From a virus (lineage: Duplodnaviria > Caudoviricetes), in IMG/VR virus record IMGVR_UViG_3300027734_000248, positions 1 to 28,585 of that record: DNA of 28,585 nucleotides; one strand, 5' to 3'. The notes under the pieces are model-generated. The model was not told the DNA's origin and did no database searches. It saw only the letters and a program-made list of their open reading frames with translations. Of this stretch, positions 26,381-28,585 are shown piece after piece; within the stretch, counting starts at the first letter, position 1; each line of letters starts with the position of its first letter. The translations under genes were made by a program, and so were the position numbers.

Positions 26381-26704
26381 ATGTCAAACATCAAGATTAC
26401 TTGGGTATCAAAGGGTTACTTGGGCAAGGACAGAGACGCACGAATTCTGGAACTAATCAACAAGGGCTACGAAGTAAAGGGCAACGCAACAGCAGAGTTG
26501 GAGTTTGATTTTCCAGAGGGCGACATCCTAATCTGTAACGCTATTTACGCAAACACCAACTCTTACACAGGTAAGTTTTGGGACGCACTACAATCAGTTA
26601 TGCCAGCTGAACGACCACACACCGCTCTAAGTATGGGCGACAAGATTGCTATTGACGGCAGAGAGTATGTGTGTAGCGAGTTCGGTTGGAAACTCGTAGC
26701 CTAA
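26381..26704 (+). CDS. YodL-like domain protein
   Basis: HTALSMGDKIAIDGREYVCSEFGW resembles the YodL-like S(L/M)SVGD...Y.C...G(F/W) motif; GAAAGGG RBS before ATG 26381. Confidence 0.65.
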   Translation: MSNIKITWVSKGYLGKDRDARILELINKGYEVKGNATAELEFDFPEGDILICNAIYANTNSYTGKFWDALQSVMPAERPHTALSMGDKIAIDGREYVCSEFGWKLVA

Positions 26705-26895
26705 CAACAAACAACAAACAACAAACTACCAGCCGAAAGGTTGGTAGTTTTGTTTTAGGCTTTTACGGAGTATTCATTTTTTCACCTAAACGACACGATT
26801 TTGGTGGTAACTTGACTTAATTAGTTTTAGGGTGTATGATGTAGTTATAACTAAATAACTCCAAGCAACGCACCACCAAACGAAAGGGACACACA

Positions 26896-27156
26896 ATGAC
26901 CAAGACCACTTACGCTAGCGAACTAGGCAAGTGCTACGCCAAGGCAGAAGACGGTTTTTACCGCCTTTACAAAGTTGATGGCTACTGGACTATCTACCTA
27001 GTAAGCAAGGAACTTATCTGGGACGCAGACTACAACTTCACACAGGGAACTCGCCTAACAGCAACTTACGGCGGACTTATCTCTCACCCTGACGAGTTTC
27101 TATCTGGCGTTTATGAACTCCAATGCGAAGCGAGAGCGTTGGCTAGGGACATCTAG
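26896..27156 (+). CDS. Hypothetical protein
   Basis: GAAAGGGACACACA-ATG; promoter TTGACT 26812/TATGAT 26835. Confidence 0.78.
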   Translation: MTKTTYASELGKCYAKAEDGFYRLYKVDGYWTIYLVSKELIWDADYNFTQGTRLTATYGGLISHPDEFLSGVYELQCEARALARDI

Positions 27157-27328
27157 CAACCAAACAAGGCAACACCCGAAAGGGTGTTGTTTTGTTTTGT
27201 AGTTGGAGCGTATTCATTTTTTCACAACAGCACACAGCTTAACACGGGTTCTGGCGTGCCTATTGCTTTTTGTCGTAGGTGTGTGGTAGGCTACTAGTAG
27301 CCGAAAAGTTCGGCAGAAAAGGGACAAA

Positions 27329-27622
27329 ATGAAACTACTAACCAAGGCACTTGCGGACAAGTTGCCAGCAATCTATTCACAAGAAAACAACAGCGACCCT
27401 GTCGTTCAGGTTCGTTTCTTCTCTATCGCTAGCAACTGGGAATGGTTGGCGTATGAGTTTGACGGAGAGGATTTATTCTTCGGGCTTGTTAAGGGCTTTG
27501 AGAATGAACTCGGCTACTTCTCACTAAGCGAGTTAGAAAGTGTAACAGCAATGGGCGGTAAGTTGCCGTTGATTGAGCGGGACAAGGGATTTAGACCAAC
27601 TCCCCTAAGCCAACTCCGCTAA
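27329..27622 (+). CDS. DUF2958-family protein
   Basis: LLTKAL..KLP.IYSQE..DP.V.V.FF...NW.W...EFDGED.FFGLV.GFE.ELGYFSLSEL...IERD..F.P. Confidence 0.87.
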   Translation: MKLLTKALADKLPAIYSQENNSDPVVQVRFFSIASNWEWLAYEFDGEDLFFGLVKGFENELGYFSLSELESVTAMGGKLPLIERDKGFRPTPLSQLR

Positions 27623-27797
27623 GGGATTACGCCAGCACCGCAAGCCGAAAGGTTTGCGGTGTTTGCGTTTCGGGGGGTTTGCGGTTGTATTCATTTTTTC
27701 ACAGAGTATCACGCTTAGTGTTTTAGATTTGCTTATGTCGGGGGTATGTAGTAGACTTGCTTTAAGCAAGAAAAGTTCTTGCTGGAAAGGGACAGAG

Positions 27798-27980
27798 ATG
27801 TCTTACGATGATTGGAAACTAGCGACACCTTGGGATGACGAAGTTGCTTTAACAGTTTCTTACGAGTGCGGTGAGTGCGAACACGAACACGATGGCGTTG
27901 ACGCTGTTGGCTCAAGGGGTAGCGATGAAGTTATTGTTCACTGCGAAAACTGCGACGCTGAAAACTGCGTTAGCGTTTAG
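27798..27980 (+). CDS. Small acidic Zn-ribbon protein
   Basis: GAAAGGGACAGAG-ATG 27798; YDDWKLATP; CGEC, CENC. Confidence 0.78.
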   Translation: MSYDDWKLATPWDDEVALTVSYECGECEHEHDGVDAVGSRGSDEVIVHCENCDAENCVSV

Positions 27981-28162
27981 TCGCTAATACAAAGATAGTC
28001 CCCTGCGAGAGTAGGGGATTATTTTTTTTGCGTGAGAGTTTGCGGGTATTCATTTTTTCACAGCCTAGGGATTTTTTGGCGTGTCGTTTTGACTTGTCGG
28101 GGGTTAGGTGGTAAGATTACTATGTAATCAAAAGATTACGAAACACAAACAAGGGAGACAAA

Positions 28163-28477
28163 ATGTTGTTAGCAGAAAAGTTTGCTCACGCACTAGAAGC
28201 AAAGTTTAACGCAAGTGAAGTTGGTAGTCAGTTTCCAACTCATTACACGCTAGAAGTTGAGCGCGGAGTGAAGTTTGACAGGATTACAATTTCACGGGAC
28301 GGACACAAGTCAGTTCACGCTTTCGTTGAGAGAGCAACAGGGGCACTAATCAAGCCAGCAGGATACAAAGCACCAGCGAAACTTAAGTCAGGTTGGGCAA
28401 CCAAATACAACCTAATCACCGAGTTTGAGAAAACTCTCGCTGTCGCTGATAAGTATGGTGGCTATCTTTACCAATAA
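28163..28477 (+). CDS. Conserved phage-type protein (SVHAFV...TG...KPA...APAK family)
   Basis: Characteristic motif plus C-terminal AD.YGGYLY; AAGGGAG RBS. Confidence 0.83.
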   Translation: MLLAEKFAHALEAKFNASEVGSQFPTHYTLEVERGVKFDRITISRDGHKSVHAFVERATGALIKPAGYKAPAKLKSGWATKYNLITEFEKTLAVADKYGGYLYQ

Positions 28478-28486
28478 GCCTTAATG

Positions 28487-28525
28487 AAAAGTTCCCCCGT
28501 AGAAAATACGGGGGGATTTTTTTAT
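28487..28525 (+). terminator. Intrinsic terminator of the CCCGTAGAAATACGGG family
   Basis: TTCCCCCGT-AGAAAAT-ACGGGGGGA followed by a T-tract. Confidence 0.8.
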
Positions 28526-28529
28526 TCCC

Positions 28530-28579
<50 letters not shown>

Positions 28580-28585
28580 TTTTTT

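Overview
This window looks like part of a large dsDNA bacteriophage infecting Actinobacteria, possibly Microbacteriaceae. Support comes from an actinobacterial-type SSB, a ClgR-like regulator, GAAAGGG ribosome-binding sites and many leaderless genes. All credible genes lie on the + strand. Bases 1-~3950 are an ordinary block: two HTH proteins, a putative small-terminase-like protein and a CHAP-fold cell-wall protein lacking its catalytic Cys. From ~4020 to the end the DNA is a regular array of about 33 self-contained expression units. Each unit runs: invariant asymmetric 16-mer GTATTCATTTTTTCAC, an ACACG/CGTGT box, a sigma70/SigA-type promoter, a leaderless start or 5' hairpin plus GAAAGGG RBS, one or a few small genes, and an intrinsic terminator. 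I counted 33 perfect copies of the 16-mer (31 forward, 2 inverted). In most units it ends 25-27 bp upstream of the -35 box, with single outliers at 17 and 37 bp, which suggests helically phased activator binding near -71. The array is nearly free of several 4-bp palindromes, as expected for first-injected early DNA. It carries many small acidic or Zn-ribbon proteins, several 3' hairpins whose loops are antisense to the array's own RBS, and at least two candidate structured ncRNAs. No integrase, cas gene, tRNA or rRNA was seen. All counts and folds were done by eye, and family names are from memory of motifs, not database searches.
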